Counted from the stretch's first letter, positions 49,175 through 63,291 are shown. The stretch: DNA of 64,000 bases from Squalus acanthias (GCA_030390025.1 CM059438.1:63180001-63244000), one strand, 5' to 3'. Notes: a model not told the origin generated them from the sequence alone. Numbers and translations: made by a program.

Positions 49175-50980
49175 GTTGGGGTGTTTGGTCCATTAGAGGC
49201 TGAGACAGGAGAAATTATTGTGGGGAATAAGGAAATGGCTGAAACGTTAAACAAATATTTTGTATCTGTCTTCACAGTAGAAGACACAAAAAGCATACCA
49301 AAAATGGTGGGGAACCAAGGGTCTAATGAGGGTGAGGAACTTAACGTAATTAATATAAGTAGAGAAAAAGTACTAGAGAAACTAATGGGACTAAAAGCCG
49401 ACAAATCCCCTGGACCTGACGGCCTACATCCTAGGGTTCTAAAAGAGGTGGCTGAAGAGATAGTGGATGCATTGGTTTTGAACTTCCAAAATTCCCTAGA
49501 TTCTAGAATGGTCCCAGCGGATTGGAAGGTCGCAAATGTAACACCGCCGCTATTCAAGAAAGGAGGGAGAGAAAAAACAGGGAACTACAGGCCAGTTAGC
49601 CTGACATCAGTCGTCGGGAAAATGCTGGAATCCATTGTTGAGGAAGTGGTATCAGGGCACTTAGAAAATCATAACATGATTAGGCAGAGTCAACATGGTT
49701 TTATGAAAGGGAAATCGTGTTTGACAAACTTATTAGAGTTTTTTGAGGATGTAACTAGCAGGGTAGATAAAGGGGAACCAGTGGATGTAGTATATTTGGA
49801 TTTCCAAAAGGCATTCAACAAGGTGCCACATAAAAGGTTATTACACAAGGTTAGGGCTCATGGGGTTGGGGGTAATATAGTAGCATGGATAGAGGATTGG
49901 TTAACGGACAGAAAACAGAGAGTAGGGATAAACGGATCTTTTTCAGGTTGGCAGGCTGTAACTAGTGGGGTGCCGCAAGGATCAGTGTTGGGGCCTCAGT
50001 TATTTACAATCTATATTAATGACCTAGATGAAGGGACCGAGCGTAATATATCCAAGTTTGCTGATGATACAAAGCTAGGTAGGACAGTAAGCTGTGAGGA
50101 GAACACAAAGAGTCTGCAAAGGGTTATATATAGACTAAGTGAATGGGCAGTAAGTTGGCAGATGGAGTATAATGTAGGGAAATGTGAGGTTATTCACTTT
50201 GGTCGGAAGAATAGAAAAACAGAATATTTTTTAAATGGTGAGAAACTTTCAAATGTTGGTGTTCAGAGAGATTTAGCTGTCCTCGTGCAAGAAACACAGA
50301 AAGCTAGCATGCAGGTACAGCAAGCAATAAGGAAGGCAAATGGCATGTTGGCCTTTATTGCAAGGGGATTGGAGTATAAGAGTAAGGAAGTCTTGCTGCA
50401 ATTGTACAGGGCCTTGGTGAGACCACACCTGGAGTAATGTGCGCAGTTTTGGTCTCCTTATCCAAGGAAGGATATACTTGCCTTGGAGGTGGTGCAACGG
50501 AGGTTCACTAGATTGATTCCTGGGATGAGAGGGCTGTCCTATGATGAGAGATTGTGTAGAATGGGCCTATACTCTCTGGAGTTTAGAAGAATGAGAGGTG
50601 ATCTCATTGAAACATACAAGATTCTGAAGGGGATTGACAGGGTAGATGCTGAGAGGTTGTTTCCCCTGGCTTTTGTGTCTAGAACTAGGGGGCATAGTCT
50701 CAGGATAAGGGGTAGGCCATTTAAGACTGAGATGAGGAGGAATTTCTTCACTCAGAGGGTTGTGAATCTTTGGAATTCTCTGCCCCCGAGGGCTGTGCAT
50801 GCTGAGTCTTTGAGTATATTCAAGGCTGAGACAGATAGATTTTTGGACTCTAGGGGAATCAAGGGATATGGAGATCGGCCGGGAAAGTGGAGTTGAAGTT
50901 GATGATCAGCCATGATCTTATTGAATGGCGGAGCAGGCTCGAGGGGTCGTATGGCCTACTCCTGCTCTTATTTCTTATGT
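49175..50980 (+). mobile_element. 5'-truncated CR1 LINE, well-preserved RT region
   Basis: ORFs 49181..50437 and 50483..50896 in the same frame, separated by an in-frame stop; 3'UTR ends tttcttatgt. Confidence 0.96.
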
Positions 50981-51022
50981 AAATCTTGCACTCTGCAAAT
51001 TACTGCTTTGGTTCTGATTCAG

Positions 51023-51126
51023 GATGAACCGACGACAGGAATGGACCCCAAGGCACGCAGATTCTTGTGGAACCTAATTCTCGACATCATCAAGACTGGG
51101 CGCTCGGTGGTGCTGACATCGCACAG
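51023..51126 (+). CDS. ABCA2: ABCA2 exon M (Walker B/D-loop/H-loop): [34 protein letters not shown](S)
   Basis: tgattcag|, |gtgagt; 104 nt. Confidence 0.97.
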
Positions 51127-51352
51127 GTGAGTCTTTTGGTCCAGATTCGAAGTTGCCACTGTATATCTTCTTTGGAGGAAAGCCATGACATCCGTCCCAC
51201 ATCCACAAAGATGTATTCCAAGCTTCTTAAATGTTGATTCATGTTTGTAGATAAAATAGCCAAGTCTCTTCCCCGATGTGAGTGCTTAATAATACTGACC
51301 TGTAGAATTAACCTATCCTTTGATTGACAATATAACACGAGGAAGAGAAATT

Positions 51353-51727
51353 CATAGAATCATACACCACAGAAGGAGGCCATTCAGCCCATCGTGCCTG
51401 TGCCGGCTTATCTGAAAGAGCTATCCAATTAGTCCCACTCCTCTGCTTGTTCCCCATAGCCCTGCAATTTTTTCCTTTTCAAGTATATATCCTTTTAAAA
51501 GTTACTATTGAATCAGCGTCCACCACCGTTTTAGGCAGTGCATTCCAGATCATCATAACTCGCTGTGTAAAAAAAAAAATTCTCCTCGTTTTCACACTGG
51601 TTCTTCTGCCAATCCGTGACCTCTGGTTATGGACCCTCCTGCCAGTGGAAACAGTTTCTTCCTATCTACTCTATCTTTTGAACACCTCTAGGAAATCTCC
51701 GATTAACCTTCTCTGCTGTAAGGAGAG
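51353..51727 (-). mobile_element. CR1 3' end, internally deleted
   Basis: Similar to 26213-26620. Confidence 0.85.
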
Positions 51728-54469
51728 TGATCCCAGAGAAGTTGGGATTTTTTTTTAATGGTTTGTTCCAATCTTTTACAATTGGATTAAAAGAGCAGCG
51801 AGCAAACAGGTTACAGGTCAGAGATTATGACCAGTATCAAGTGACCGTGATATTAAAGCCATATTGTTCAGTCAATAGTTGCAAAATGGCTCAGTTGCAG
51901 GTCTCTGGACCAGAAAGAACTCGGACTCTGGCATTCCTATCTAAAAGAGTTTTCAACGAGCGCTGATGAATCGGTTGTCTAATGTGTATATTATTTTTAG
52001 TCTTGCACAGTATCTGGGTGCTGAAGGATGAATCTTTGCCTTTCCCCTCAGCTCCCCCCGCAGCCAAAAGGAAACTGACACACCCACCAGGAACATTTGT
52101 TAAATGACTGTGTTCATCAGATAAATTGAATCATATTTGTAAGGTTTTTTTCCACGGAAGAGGTGATTACAGGGTATTTCTGGTATTGTGTCATATTTTA
52201 ATGGTTTACTCATCAACACGGCCTCTGTCAACTGTGCTGATCTGCAGAGAAATTCAGCTTGCCACATTGCTTCATGTTCCCAGGAGGAGAGAATGCTTCA
52301 CCCTCTGGTGCAATCCGCGAAGGATGGCCAATTCACTGACAGCTTTAAGTGAAAGAGGCTTTTGTGTTTTATGAGCCAGGTATTTCCTGAAACACTTTAG
52401 GGGACCAAAATCCCAAGTGGAATTTAACGGTACCATGCTTCCCATCAGGCAGGCAGTGCTGCAATCTGCGCGGTGGACGACAAGTCCCACAGTGCATTGC
52501 GGGAAGGGGAACCAATGGCGTTCGCTCAGTGCTGAGAAGTCGCCTTGTGGATTTGTTGATTGCACAGCAACGTATGATGTAGCTTGTCTGCGGATGGACA
52601 ATTGCTTGTGAACAAATGGTTGAAATTGGGATGCAGCCCTTCATAACCCATCAGTGCATGAAAGGTTTATGATGCAAACACATTTTATACCCTGTGGCCT
52701 GCTTTTAAAAAAAAAGCCTGGGAACAATAGACCCTTTTGGCAGTGAAGGATGGTGTGCGCATGAAAACCCAATTGGAGTGAGGGAGGAAAGAATAAATTA
52801 AAAATTCAAGGGGATTACTCTTTCAAAGAAAGTATGTGAAGGTGCTAGTTCTGACTGGAAGCTGGGTATAGCATCTGTGTATTTTTTTGCACGTTCTTTT
52901 ATCTTTCAATACAATTGCATTCCGTTTCAGCACACTGAATCAAAACAGCGCTGACAGTGGTGCCGACAGATATCAATAGTACTGGAGGTGACCCTGTCAC
53001 TGTTGTATGAGATTCTACAAATGAAATGCACAATAAGCAGATGGAACTGAACTATGAACTGCCAGCAGTCAAAAGTGAAGTGGGTGGGGTGGGGGAAACA
53101 TTTGAAGATGTAAGAGAACACGAATCAGAAAATGCTCGTCCAGTCCGCTCTTTCCATAGGCCATGTATAATCTGCCCTGTTGTGAGTTCTCTTCCATCAC
53201 CTAAAGGAAAAGTTCTCCAGGATTTCTGCCCAATCCCAAAGACAGTTGAGTTAAACCTTCACCTTATCTGACCACAGCTGCACTTCCATTGCTCAGACCT
53301 GTCCAGATGCTTGCCACAGTTGACACTTCCATGGCCCTGACAGCAGAGGGATGATCTTATTCCACATAGAGTATTTGATCATTTCTTTTTGATCTTTTCA
53401 TGCTATCGCTGTAGCCAGGGAGACTGATTTATACTGGCTCAGCAGGTCATATTCTGTTTCTATTCCAATTCGGAGAATTTCACTGGTGATTTGGGAATTG
53501 CGTTCTGGGATTCTTTTCATTTTTACCATCACACCTATAATTCAGTGGCTTTGCCTAGAACCTTCAATCACATTTATAACCAAATATTTATCCGGTTGTC
53601 TTAAAAAAGCATGGGATTTCAAAATGAGCTTAGATTAGAGCCATATCAAAATGTGCTTCAGCATCACAAATGGCCACTAAAAGAGTTCAATATCAAATCA
53701 CAATTTGCAGGCATTTTCATGTTTATTGAACACTGAAGGGAGAGGTGTATTGGGAACGGTTGCCGCACCAGCAGCTGCTGGAGTGATTGTAATAAGTACT
53801 GTGCATCGCACCATCCCTTTGAATATAACTTATCAGATGGAAGGAACAGTAGGAATATACTTCCAGCTACAATTAAGTAATCTTCATGCCAAACGTTTTA
53901 CTGCATGGGAGGAGGGGCAGATTAGTATCCACACCAGTCTATGCCATCTTCGGCACAATCTGAGCAACAATGCTGACACTAAAACTGTTCCAGAAAAACC
54001 CAGTGAGGGGTTGGTGAGGACAGCAAATGAGCCATTGTTAGTTAAAAGGCCCCTTTTCATTTGGAGCAAGCATTGACCTTTAGATACGTCATTGAAACAC
54101 TAGGATATTTGGAATGTCTTAATTAAACCTGTCAGCCACTTAGTTGTCTTCATTTAAGAATGTTGCCCAACTTTGTTTCTCCCTTGGGCTATAGTTGGTA
54201 TTCTAACAGTCTTTTGGGCAGGTTTGGTTGGCAAAACTGCCAGGAGCAACCCAATCGTCAGGTTCAACTGAGCTAAATGTGTGTGCCTGTTTTATTTAGT
54301 TGAAATGCATAGTCAAGTGCAGTTTGTTTTGTAACATATCATAAATGATACTCGGCACATTGTTCTGTGGGGTGAAAGTGTGCTGTGTGATATTAATAAC
54401 AAACATCTCAACACATTCATTTGAATTTCTTTATTAATTATTTTAACAGAGGCATTAACCCCTTTTAAA

Positions 54470-54938
54470 AAAAAAAGAAAGACTTGCATTAATGTAGCAC
54501 CTTTCACGACCTCAGGACGTCCCAAAGTGCTTTACAGCCAATGAAGTACTTTGAAATGTAGTCGCTGTTCTACTGTAAGAAAGGCAGCAGCCAATTTGCG
54601 CACAGCAAGCTCCCACAAACAGCAATGAGATAATGACCAGATAATCTGTTTTAATGATGTTGGTTGAGGGATAAATATTGGCCTGGACACCGGGGAGAAC
54701 TCTCTTGCTCTTCTTCAAAATGGTGCCCTGGGATCTTTTACGTCCACCTGAGAGGACAGGCGGGGCCTCGGTTTAACGTCTCATCCGAAAGGCGCCACCT
54801 CCGACAGTGCAGCGCTCCCTCAGCACTGCACTGGAGTGTCAGCCTAGATTTTGTGCTCGGGTCTCTTTAGTGGGACTTCAACCCACAACCCTCTGACTCA
54901 GAGGTGAGAGTGCTACCCACTGAGCCACGGCTGACACT
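54470..54938 (-). mobile_element. Full-length Deu-SINE
   Basis: Reverse complement of the 16905 copy with intact head. Confidence 0.9.
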
Positions 54939-55989
54939 TAATTTGTATTTAAGTGGATAAACACCCCCCTCCCCCCACCTTGTTAAAATAGAAGACATAG
55001 GATTTTATACAAATGTGTCAACGCAATGCTGTAGTGTCTCAAGACCTGTTAACTAACACTATCTTTTTAACATTAATCTACAGTGTACACTGAGAAGTGA
55101 AGTTGGTTCAATCACCATCCTGTTACTCTGGGACCAGGGTGTCTTGAATCTAGTCAAGTCTGATTGAATGAACATTTTCTCTCTGTGAAGGCACAAGCTG
55201 AACTGAATCCACTTGGGAGTAGGCACATTTCAACGGCAAATAGCTAAATAAAAAATAATTTGGCATTAAATTGACAGCCTCATTCATAGAACCCAATGGA
55301 CAATAAAAGGTGCATTAGCAGGTGCTGTTCTGAAGTTCAGGTTATTGCGCGGTTAGGATTGTCAAATTTCATCAAGTGCAAAACTGGAACAGGAGACACA
55401 TATGGGGGCGGCATCACGACTTGAATTCTGAGGTTTACTTGACTGCTGAAAATTCATTGAAAACTTAATGACTAATATCTCCATATCATCAGACACAGAA
55501 GGAAGCAGGGTAGAAAAATGCCTTTTGTCTGTTTAAAAAAAAAAAAACAGGCTTCAGATATCCAGTTTCAATTCGATAAATATTTGGACAGCTCACTCAA
55601 AATACTCTCTCATCTGGTTCAGAACTGGGTGAGTAGTAATCTAGTGTGCATTGTTGGAGTAGAGGCAGCTTTTACTCTGCACTGAAACTATTCTGTGCGT
55701 GACCAGGAAGTGTTTGATGATGACATCGAGTGCTGAAAGTAGAACTATAACATTCTTCAGCATTGTGGCTTTCCTAACGCTAATGAATAGAAAACCTCAC
55801 CCCTTCCCCCGCCTCACCAAAAGGACACAGGACACAAGTATTGATGTGACCTTTTCACTGCAGTTGTGGTCTTGCTAAACAATTTGAAAAGCTAAGCTGA
55901 GCAGAAGAGAAAACATTTTTTCGCCATTCTTTGGCCAGGCTCTGGGAGTTAGTGAGGTATGTGAGTGGTGAGAAACATGCTGTTTCTAA

Positions 55990-56106
<117 letters not shown>

Positions 56107-56649
56107 TAACTTGACATTCCAGCTCTTCCCAACCCAACTAATCATCGCAATCAGCTAATCTTTGTTTCATTCATAGTGATCTTCGGTGCTTTCCTTCTTG
56201 GACACAAAGGCTTTTTGAACCAATAGAATGGAAATAAAATGCTTTGTTTTCTTTACCCATTGATCACCATGACACCACTGGCACGCATTCTTGACTAGTG
56301 CTGTCACACACTCGCGAGCACCTCTGACACGCACTGGCATGCACTTTGACATCTCGTGTATGACAGAGGTTGGAAAACCAGGTGATTATCAGAGCAAAAA
56401 CCTGAGTACGTTTGCCATTCCCTGAGAACGATTAGTGAAGTTCCTACTTGATGTTTTATACTTCTAAAATGTCACTGGGTTCCCAAAGCATAGGTCTGCA
56501 AGCTACAAACCAATGTAAAAACTGTCGAAACTCATTTAGACCAGCGGCAAGGAGGGCCCACTAAAACTGGGTCTTCCCAGCAGTTAGTCACAGCGGTGTT
56601 ACCTTTGAGTCACAGCCAACTGCACAACAATTACTCTTCAAGAACACGG

Positions 56650-58125
56650 AAGACAGTCTAAGGTGCTTTATGGAGGGGGAAGAAAAATTGACAAAAGAAA
56701 TAAAGAAACAGACACTGAAACGAAGTGGGAGAGTTAGGAGAAGTGACCGAAATATTGGCTTTAATAGTGAGTTTTGAGAGGGTTTCTAAAAGTAGAGGGG
56801 TGGTGGAGTTACTGAGTAATGGGCTGAAGGCTCTGCCATCAATGGTGGGGCAAAGGGAGGGGGCGAAACACAGAAGGACTGTGCAAAGACACTCAGAAGA
56901 CGAGGGGACATAATGATGAGTATCTTTGCAGTAATAATAATGGGGTAAGGCCACGGAAGGATTTGAGGACTAGGATTTTAAATTCAGTGCATTGGGGAAC
57001 CTGGGGCGGGGGCGGGTGATCACTAAATCAGCAAGAACGAAGGTGATGGGTGGGTGGAACTTGGTGCAGGGCAGGATCCCAGCAGTCGAGTGTTGAACAA
57101 GCTGGATTTTAATTGAGGGTGGAGGATTGAAGGTGGAAAGGTGACAAAAATGTGGATGGGGGGCTGAACTGGGTCAGATGTTGTGGAGGTGAAAGTAAGT
57201 GGCTCCTGCTGATTGGCGGCGTGTGTGGTCTGAAGCTCAGCTGTGGGTTGAACAGGATGCCACAGCTTCTTAGGCCTGGTTCAGCCTGATGCTGGGGGCA
57301 GGGAGCAGAGTTTATGGCGGGAGCAAAAAAAATAATGGCTTCTCGCTGTTCAGTTGGAGAAAAGTTTGACTCGTCCCCAAGTTGATGTCAGTCAGGCCAT
57401 TTTAGCAGCATAGAGGTTGATGGGGTTAAGGGAAGTGAGGAAGACTTGAAGCTGGGTATCATCGGCATAAATATGGAAACTGACCTGGTACCAGTGGATG
57501 ATGTCACAAAGGGGCAGCATATAAATGGAGGAGAAGAGGGGGCCAAGGACTCTGGAGGTGACTGCGCTAGGGTGGAAAGTAAGCAATCTCCAAAGATGTG
57601 CTTGACTGCGTTGGGATACATAGGAGTGGAACTACCCGAGACCAATCCCAAAGAGCTGGATAATGGGGAGGAATGGCGCAATCAACACCCGCAGAGAGGT
57701 CACAGAGAGCAAGGTTGGATCATGTGCACTGGTCACAGAGGATACCATTCGTGACTTTGATCAGAGCGATCTTTCTGCTGTTTTATTTACAGACCCGTAG
57801 GGATTTGAACAGGAAGTTTTTGGGAGAGCTGGGAACTCATGACGCGTTAAAGGACCTTAGACAAAAAAGGGAGGTTGGAGATGGAGCAGCAGTTGGAGAG
57901 GATGAATGGATCAAGGCTGAGCTTTTTGAGGAGGGGAGGAATGTTAGTCTTGAAAAGGAATGGGACAGTTTTGCACAAAGGGCAACTAGTAATAATGAGC
58001 GCTAGGAGGGGTAGCTCATTGGAGAGGGGATTAAAGGAGTTGGAAGTGAGCCTCATGGAAGACGTCAGCTTGGAGAGGGTGGTGGGGGGAGGGAGATGGT
58101 CGAGAAGTTGCAGAATGACTAGGAA
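56650..58125 (-). mobile_element. Old, decayed L2 LINE (RT region to 3' end)
   Basis: PLLKKLSLDP...ISNLPFLSKVL; VLGPLFSSIYMLPL...FHIYADDTQL. Confidence 0.82.
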
Positions 58126-58356
58126 TTGATGACAAAAGTCCACCTACCAATCCTGTCTGTGTTCAAGATTCTGCCCTTTGAGCCCCATTTAAGGCCAGAA
58201 GTAAAAAAATTCACAACAAGTGCACAATCTCTTCTGTCGTGTACGACAGGCAACACTGCAAACTCAGAGGGGCGGTCATCTGATTTTAAAATGGATTCTG
58301 TGCCATTGTTTCGCTTGTGCAGACTGATCGCCTCTTCCGTTTTGCTTCTTTCCTAG

Positions 58357-58459
58357 GTTTGGCGATGGCTACATGATCACTGTCCGCACAAAGTCCAGCC
58401 TGTATGTGAAAGAAGTTGTCCGCTTTTTCAACAGAAATTTCCCCGAAGCAGTTTTAAAG
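58357..58459 (+). CDS. ABCA2: ABCA2 exon O (last seen here): [34 protein letters not shown]
   Basis: ttcctag|, |gtatat; 103 nt; the expected following exon was not found before the window end. Confidence 0.93.
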
Positions 58460-59080
58460 GTATATATTCAGCTAAAGACCATCTTCTTCTTTGCACAGTC
58501 TCCATTCATAAATGAACAAGTAGTTATGCAGACAGCAGGAAACACCGACACTATCCCTTTAAAGGATTGGTGCCATCCAAGAGGCACATGGGCCCTGTGG
58601 TCCTTCCCAATCCCGCTGTGTAAAGATACTCATTCTGGAAGAATACCTCCGTTCTTTTGTCTGTCACAACCCAGGAAAGTATTTCATTACCATCTCATTG
58701 GTTTCTTTCGCACTAGTTGGATGTCCTACACATAAATTCTAATTTTTCCAAAGCTTTTAGTACAAGTTTAAATTGTTGATATCAGCAGACATCAAAGGCC
58801 ACCCCTTAAAGTTGTCTGTGACTTGTAGTGAATAGGGGCCCAAAATTCCACCCCAGTTTTCATGTTTCTGAGGCCTGAGATCGGGTTGCTTTATTTCCTT
58901 GCCAGTAAATTGGGGTGGAAGTTGTTTCTGCTAGTCCCCAAGAACAATGCGTCCAAATTCACGATCGCAATTTGATTCACGGCCAATCAAGTACTTCTGA
59001 ACTGTAATGTGAAAAAACGTGGCAGCCAATTTGCACACAGAAAGGTCCCACAAACAGCAATGAGATTCATGACCAGATAA

Positions 59081-61165
59081 CATAGGATTACATTACACAG
59101 GATGTACGGCACAGAAACAGGCCATTCGGCCCAACCAGTCCATGCTGGCGTTTATGCTGCACTCGAGCCTCCTCCCGTCTTTCCTCATCTAACTCTATCA
59201 GTATAACCCTCTGTTCCCTTCTCCCTCATATGCTTGTCTAGTCTCCCTTTAAATGCATCCATACTATTCGCTTCAACTACTTCCTGTGGTAGCGAGTTCC
59301 ACATTCTCACCACTCTCTGGGTAAAGATGTTTCTTCTGAATTCCCTATTGGATTTCTTGGTGACTATCTTATATTGATGGCCTCTAGTTATGCTCTTCCC
59401 CACAAGTGGAAACATTCTCTCTGTATCCACTCTATCAAAACCTTTCATAATTTTAAAGACCTCTATTAGGTCACCCCTCAGCCTTTTTTCAAGAAAAAAG
59501 AGACCCAGCCTGTTCATCCTTTCCTGATACGTATACCCTCACATTTCTGGTATCATCCTTGTAAATATCCTTTGCACCCTCTCCAGTGCCTCTATATCTT
59601 TTTTATAATATGGCGACCAGAACTGTACGCAGTACTCTAAGTGTGGTCTAACCAAGGTTCGATACAGGTTTAGCATAACTTCCCTACTTTTCAATTCTAT
59701 CCCTCTAGAAATAAACCCTAGTGCTTGGTTTGCTTTTTTTATGGCCTTGCTAACCTGTGTCGCAACTTTTAGTGATTTGTGTATTTGTACTCCGAGACCC
59801 CTTTGTTCCTCTACCCCACCTAGACTTGCACCCTCCAAGTGATAAGTGACCTCCCTATTCTTCCTACCAAAATGTAATACCTCACATTTATCTGTGTTGA
59901 ACTTCATTTGACAATTATATGCCAATTTTGCAAATTTATTAATGTCCTCCTGTAATTTGTTGCAGTCCTCCTCAGTATTGCCTCCCCCCCCAATTTGGTG
60001 TCATCCACAAATTTAGAAATTGTGTTTTTGATTCCAAAGTCTAAATCATTAATGTAAATTGTGAACAGCAGTGGTCCCAGCACTGATCCTTGTGGAACAC
60101 CACTACCCACCTTCTGCCACTGTGAATAGCTACCCTTTACTCCTACTCTCTGCTTTCTGTCCTGAAGCCGGCCAGCAATCCATTCTGCCACTTGTCCCCT
60201 GACTCCGCATTCTCTGACCTTGTTCGTCAGCCTATTATGGGGTACCTTATCGAAGGCCTTTTGAAAATCCAGATAAATTACATCTACTGCATTACCATTG
60301 TCTACTCTCTCTGTTACCTCTTCAAAAATTTCAACAAGGTTGGTCAAGCAAGACTTTACCTTTGAAATCCATGTTGACTATTCATTATTATGTTTTTGGT
60401 TTCTTGGGGGTAAAAATAAAGTTAGCACCCCCCATGGACGATTTTCCCAGGTAGCGCCCCAGGAGGGAGGAGGGGCGCTACTGGAAGCGCCCCTCATCCC
60501 TCTTGGGGCACTGCGAGCCAATATCGCGGCGCTACATGCGGCACGTCGTGCCGCGGTACTGCAGGCCTTCCTCCCCTTATTAAAGGGGAGGGGCCTGGTG
60601 CAGCGCGTCCCAGCGCCCAGCTGGGCTACCAGGGATCGGGAGTGCCGGCAAACGAGCCCAGCACTCTAGAGGAGTGCCGCGCTCACGGAGAGGGGGGCTT
60701 CATGGGGGCCGGGGACAGCAACGGGGGCAGGTGCTGGCAGGCAGCCAGCAACAAAAATGGCCGCCCGCCACCTCCCCTAGCCCCGGCTTGGCCCCCCTGA
60801 CCCTGGCGGACACAGCGTCCGGCGGTAAGTCGGGGGGGCGCCACCCAATATTACAGCCGGGGAGTGAGCGGGACGCTGTGCATGGCGATGACGTAATCGC
60901 CGGCGGCGCCAATGGTTAGCGCCGCCGCTAATCTCCCGCTGAATTTCGCGGGAGGTGTTAGCGGCGCTGTGCCCAGGCGCTAGTTGATTTGCGCCCTCTT
61001 AGGGCGCTAACGGGAGGTGCAAATCAACCGAATTTAGCTCCTTTGATCTTCTATTTTCTCCTTTAGTAGGGATTCCATTATTTTTCCTACCACCAATGTT
61101 CAGCTGACTGGTCTATAATTCCCCGGACATGTTCTATCCCCCTTCTTAAATATCAGTATTACGTC
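59081..61165 (-). mobile_element. CR1 LINE interrupted by a GC-rich MITE
   Basis: ORFs 59185..59517, 59539..59925, 59904..60347; RT sequence resumes at ~61045. Confidence 0.92.
60406..61041. mobile_element. GC/CpG-rich MITE, Harbinger-like
   Basis: Ends gggggtaaaaat / aatttagctcc; right end is the reverse complement of 63670 onward. Confidence 0.7.
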
Positions 61166-61174
61166 CAATAACAT

Positions 61175-62398
61175 AATAGAAGCACAGAAGATAGGAGCAG
61201 CAGTAGGCCATTCGGCCCCTCGAGCCTGCTCCGCCATTTAATGAGATCATGGCTGATCATCCAAATTCAGTACCCTGTCCCTGCTTTCTCCCCATATCCC
61301 TTGATCCCTTTAGCCTTAAGAAATATATCTATCTCCTTCTTGAATATATTTAATGAATTGGCCTCAACTGCCTTCTGTGGTAGAGAATTCCACAGGTTCA
61401 CCACTCTCTGGGTGAAGAAATTCCTCCTCATCTCGGTCCTAAATGGCTTACCCCTTATCCTTAGACTGTGACCTCTGATTCTGGACTCCCCCGCCATCGG
61501 GAACATCCTTCCTGCATCGAGTCTGTCTAGTCCTGTTAGAATTTTATAAGTTTCAATGAGATCCCCTCTCATTCTTCTAAACTCTAGCGAATATAAGCCT
61601 AATCGACCCAATCTCTCTCCATATGTCCTTCCTGCCATCCCAGGTATCAGTCTGGTAAATCTTCGCTGCACTCCCTCCATGGCAAGAACATCCTTCCTCA
61701 GATAAGGCGACCAAAACTGCACACAATACTCAAGGTGTGGTCTCACCAAGGCCCTGTACGACTGCAGCAAGACATCCTTGCTCCTGTACTCGAATCCTCT
61801 CGCTATGAAGGCCAACATACCATTTGCCTTCTTAACCGCCTGCTGCACCTGCATGCTTACCTTCAGCGACTGGTGCACAAGGACTCCCAGATCTCGTTGC
61901 ACTTCCCCTTTTCCCAATCTATTGCCGTTCAGATAATAATCTGTCTTTCTGTTTTTGCCACCAAAGTGGATAACCTCATCATTATACTGCATCTGCCATG
62001 CATCTGCCCAATCACCCAACCTGTCCAAATCATACTGGAGTTTCTCTGCATCCTCCTCACAGCACACACGCCCACCCAGCTTTGTGTCGTCTGCAAACTT
62101 GGAGATATTACATCTAGTTCCCTCGTCTAGATCATTAATATATATTGTGAATAGCTGGGGTCCTAGCACCGATCCCTGTGGTACCCCACTAGTCACTGCC
62201 TGCCGCTCGGAAAAAGACCCGTTTATTCCAACTCTTTGCTTCCTGTCTGCCAACCAGTTCTCTATCCAAATCAATACCTTACCCCCAATCCCATGTGCTT
62301 TAACTTTGCACGCTAATCTCTTATGCGGGACCTTATCGAAAGCCTTCTGAAAGTCCAAATACACCACATCCACTGGTTCTCCCTTATCTATTCTACCA
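61175..62398 (-). mobile_element. Young CR1 LINE, near-identical to 24338-25545
   Basis: ORF 61267..62373 open for 368 aa. Confidence 0.96.
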
Positions 62399-62679
62399 CT
62401 ACACTACTGTATCCTGCAGTTAAGAATAGTTAACTAAAAGCTTTCCGGTGGAGATGGTTGTGTCCTTGCCTATACTTAATATATTGTGCAACTTGGCCAC
62501 TACCTGAAACATTGGGACCATGCAGGGGAGATTTTTTAAACGAACACCTGCAAGAACCCACAATCCTTTGATAGATGGATTGTATTTAACTTTTGTGTGC
62601 ATGATCCAGGGATAGAGTGGTTTCTCTGCCACTATGGATGCTGGGTAAAGAACTCCCCATTCTGCTGAATCTTTTTTTT

Positions 62680-62950
62680 ACATAACCTGTTTTTTTAAGT
62701 GAAGTTGGTTGAAGGATAAATGTTGGCCTAGACATTCTCTTTGAATAGTGCCATGGGATCTTTTGTGTCCATCTGAGAGAGCAGACGGGGCCTCGGCTTA
62801 ATGTCTCATCTGAAAGACAGCACCTCCAACACTGCAGCACTCACTCAGTACTGTGCTGAATTGTCAGCTTAGATCATGTGCTCAAGTCTCTGGAGAGGGA
62901 CTTGATACAATGATCTTCTGAATTCGAGGCGAGAGTGTTACCACTGAGCA
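62680..62950 (-). mobile_element. Deu-SINE 5' half (a 3' piece lies at ~58975-59080)
   Basis: gatcttttgtgtccatctgagagagcagacggggcctcgg matches the family. Confidence 0.78.
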
Positions 62951-63199
62951 ATATTTAAATGAGGGTCAGTGATGCTGTAGTCCCAAATTTCCTGTATTTA
63001 CGCTCACACTGCACTAGGGGTAAATTGGAACAGGAAATATAAGGCGTACCTGTTGCCAGGTTCATCCAGAGCTTTTAAGCCTGAAGACTAAGAAAGTTGG
63101 ACACCAATTACTGTGGTTTTTTGAGTGACTTTTTTTCTTTCATTCTCGACATCATTGGACTTGCTTCTGACTACTTGTGAGACCATTGGGATATTTTGC

Positions 63200-63290
63200 C
63201 TCTCTACAGATGCTGCCTGACCTGCTGAGTGTTTCCAGCATTTTCTGTTTTTATTTCAGATTTCCAGCATCCGCAGTATTTTGCATTTCT
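63200..63290 (+). mobile_element. Penelope family 1 terminal remnant lacking the hammerhead core
   Basis: Reverse complement of 5715-5803. Confidence 0.82.
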
Positions 63291-63291
63291 G

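Noticed and set aside
58460..58470. gtatat donor as a U12 intron
   Set aside because: Lacks the GTATCCTTT consensus; treated as a weak U2 donor.
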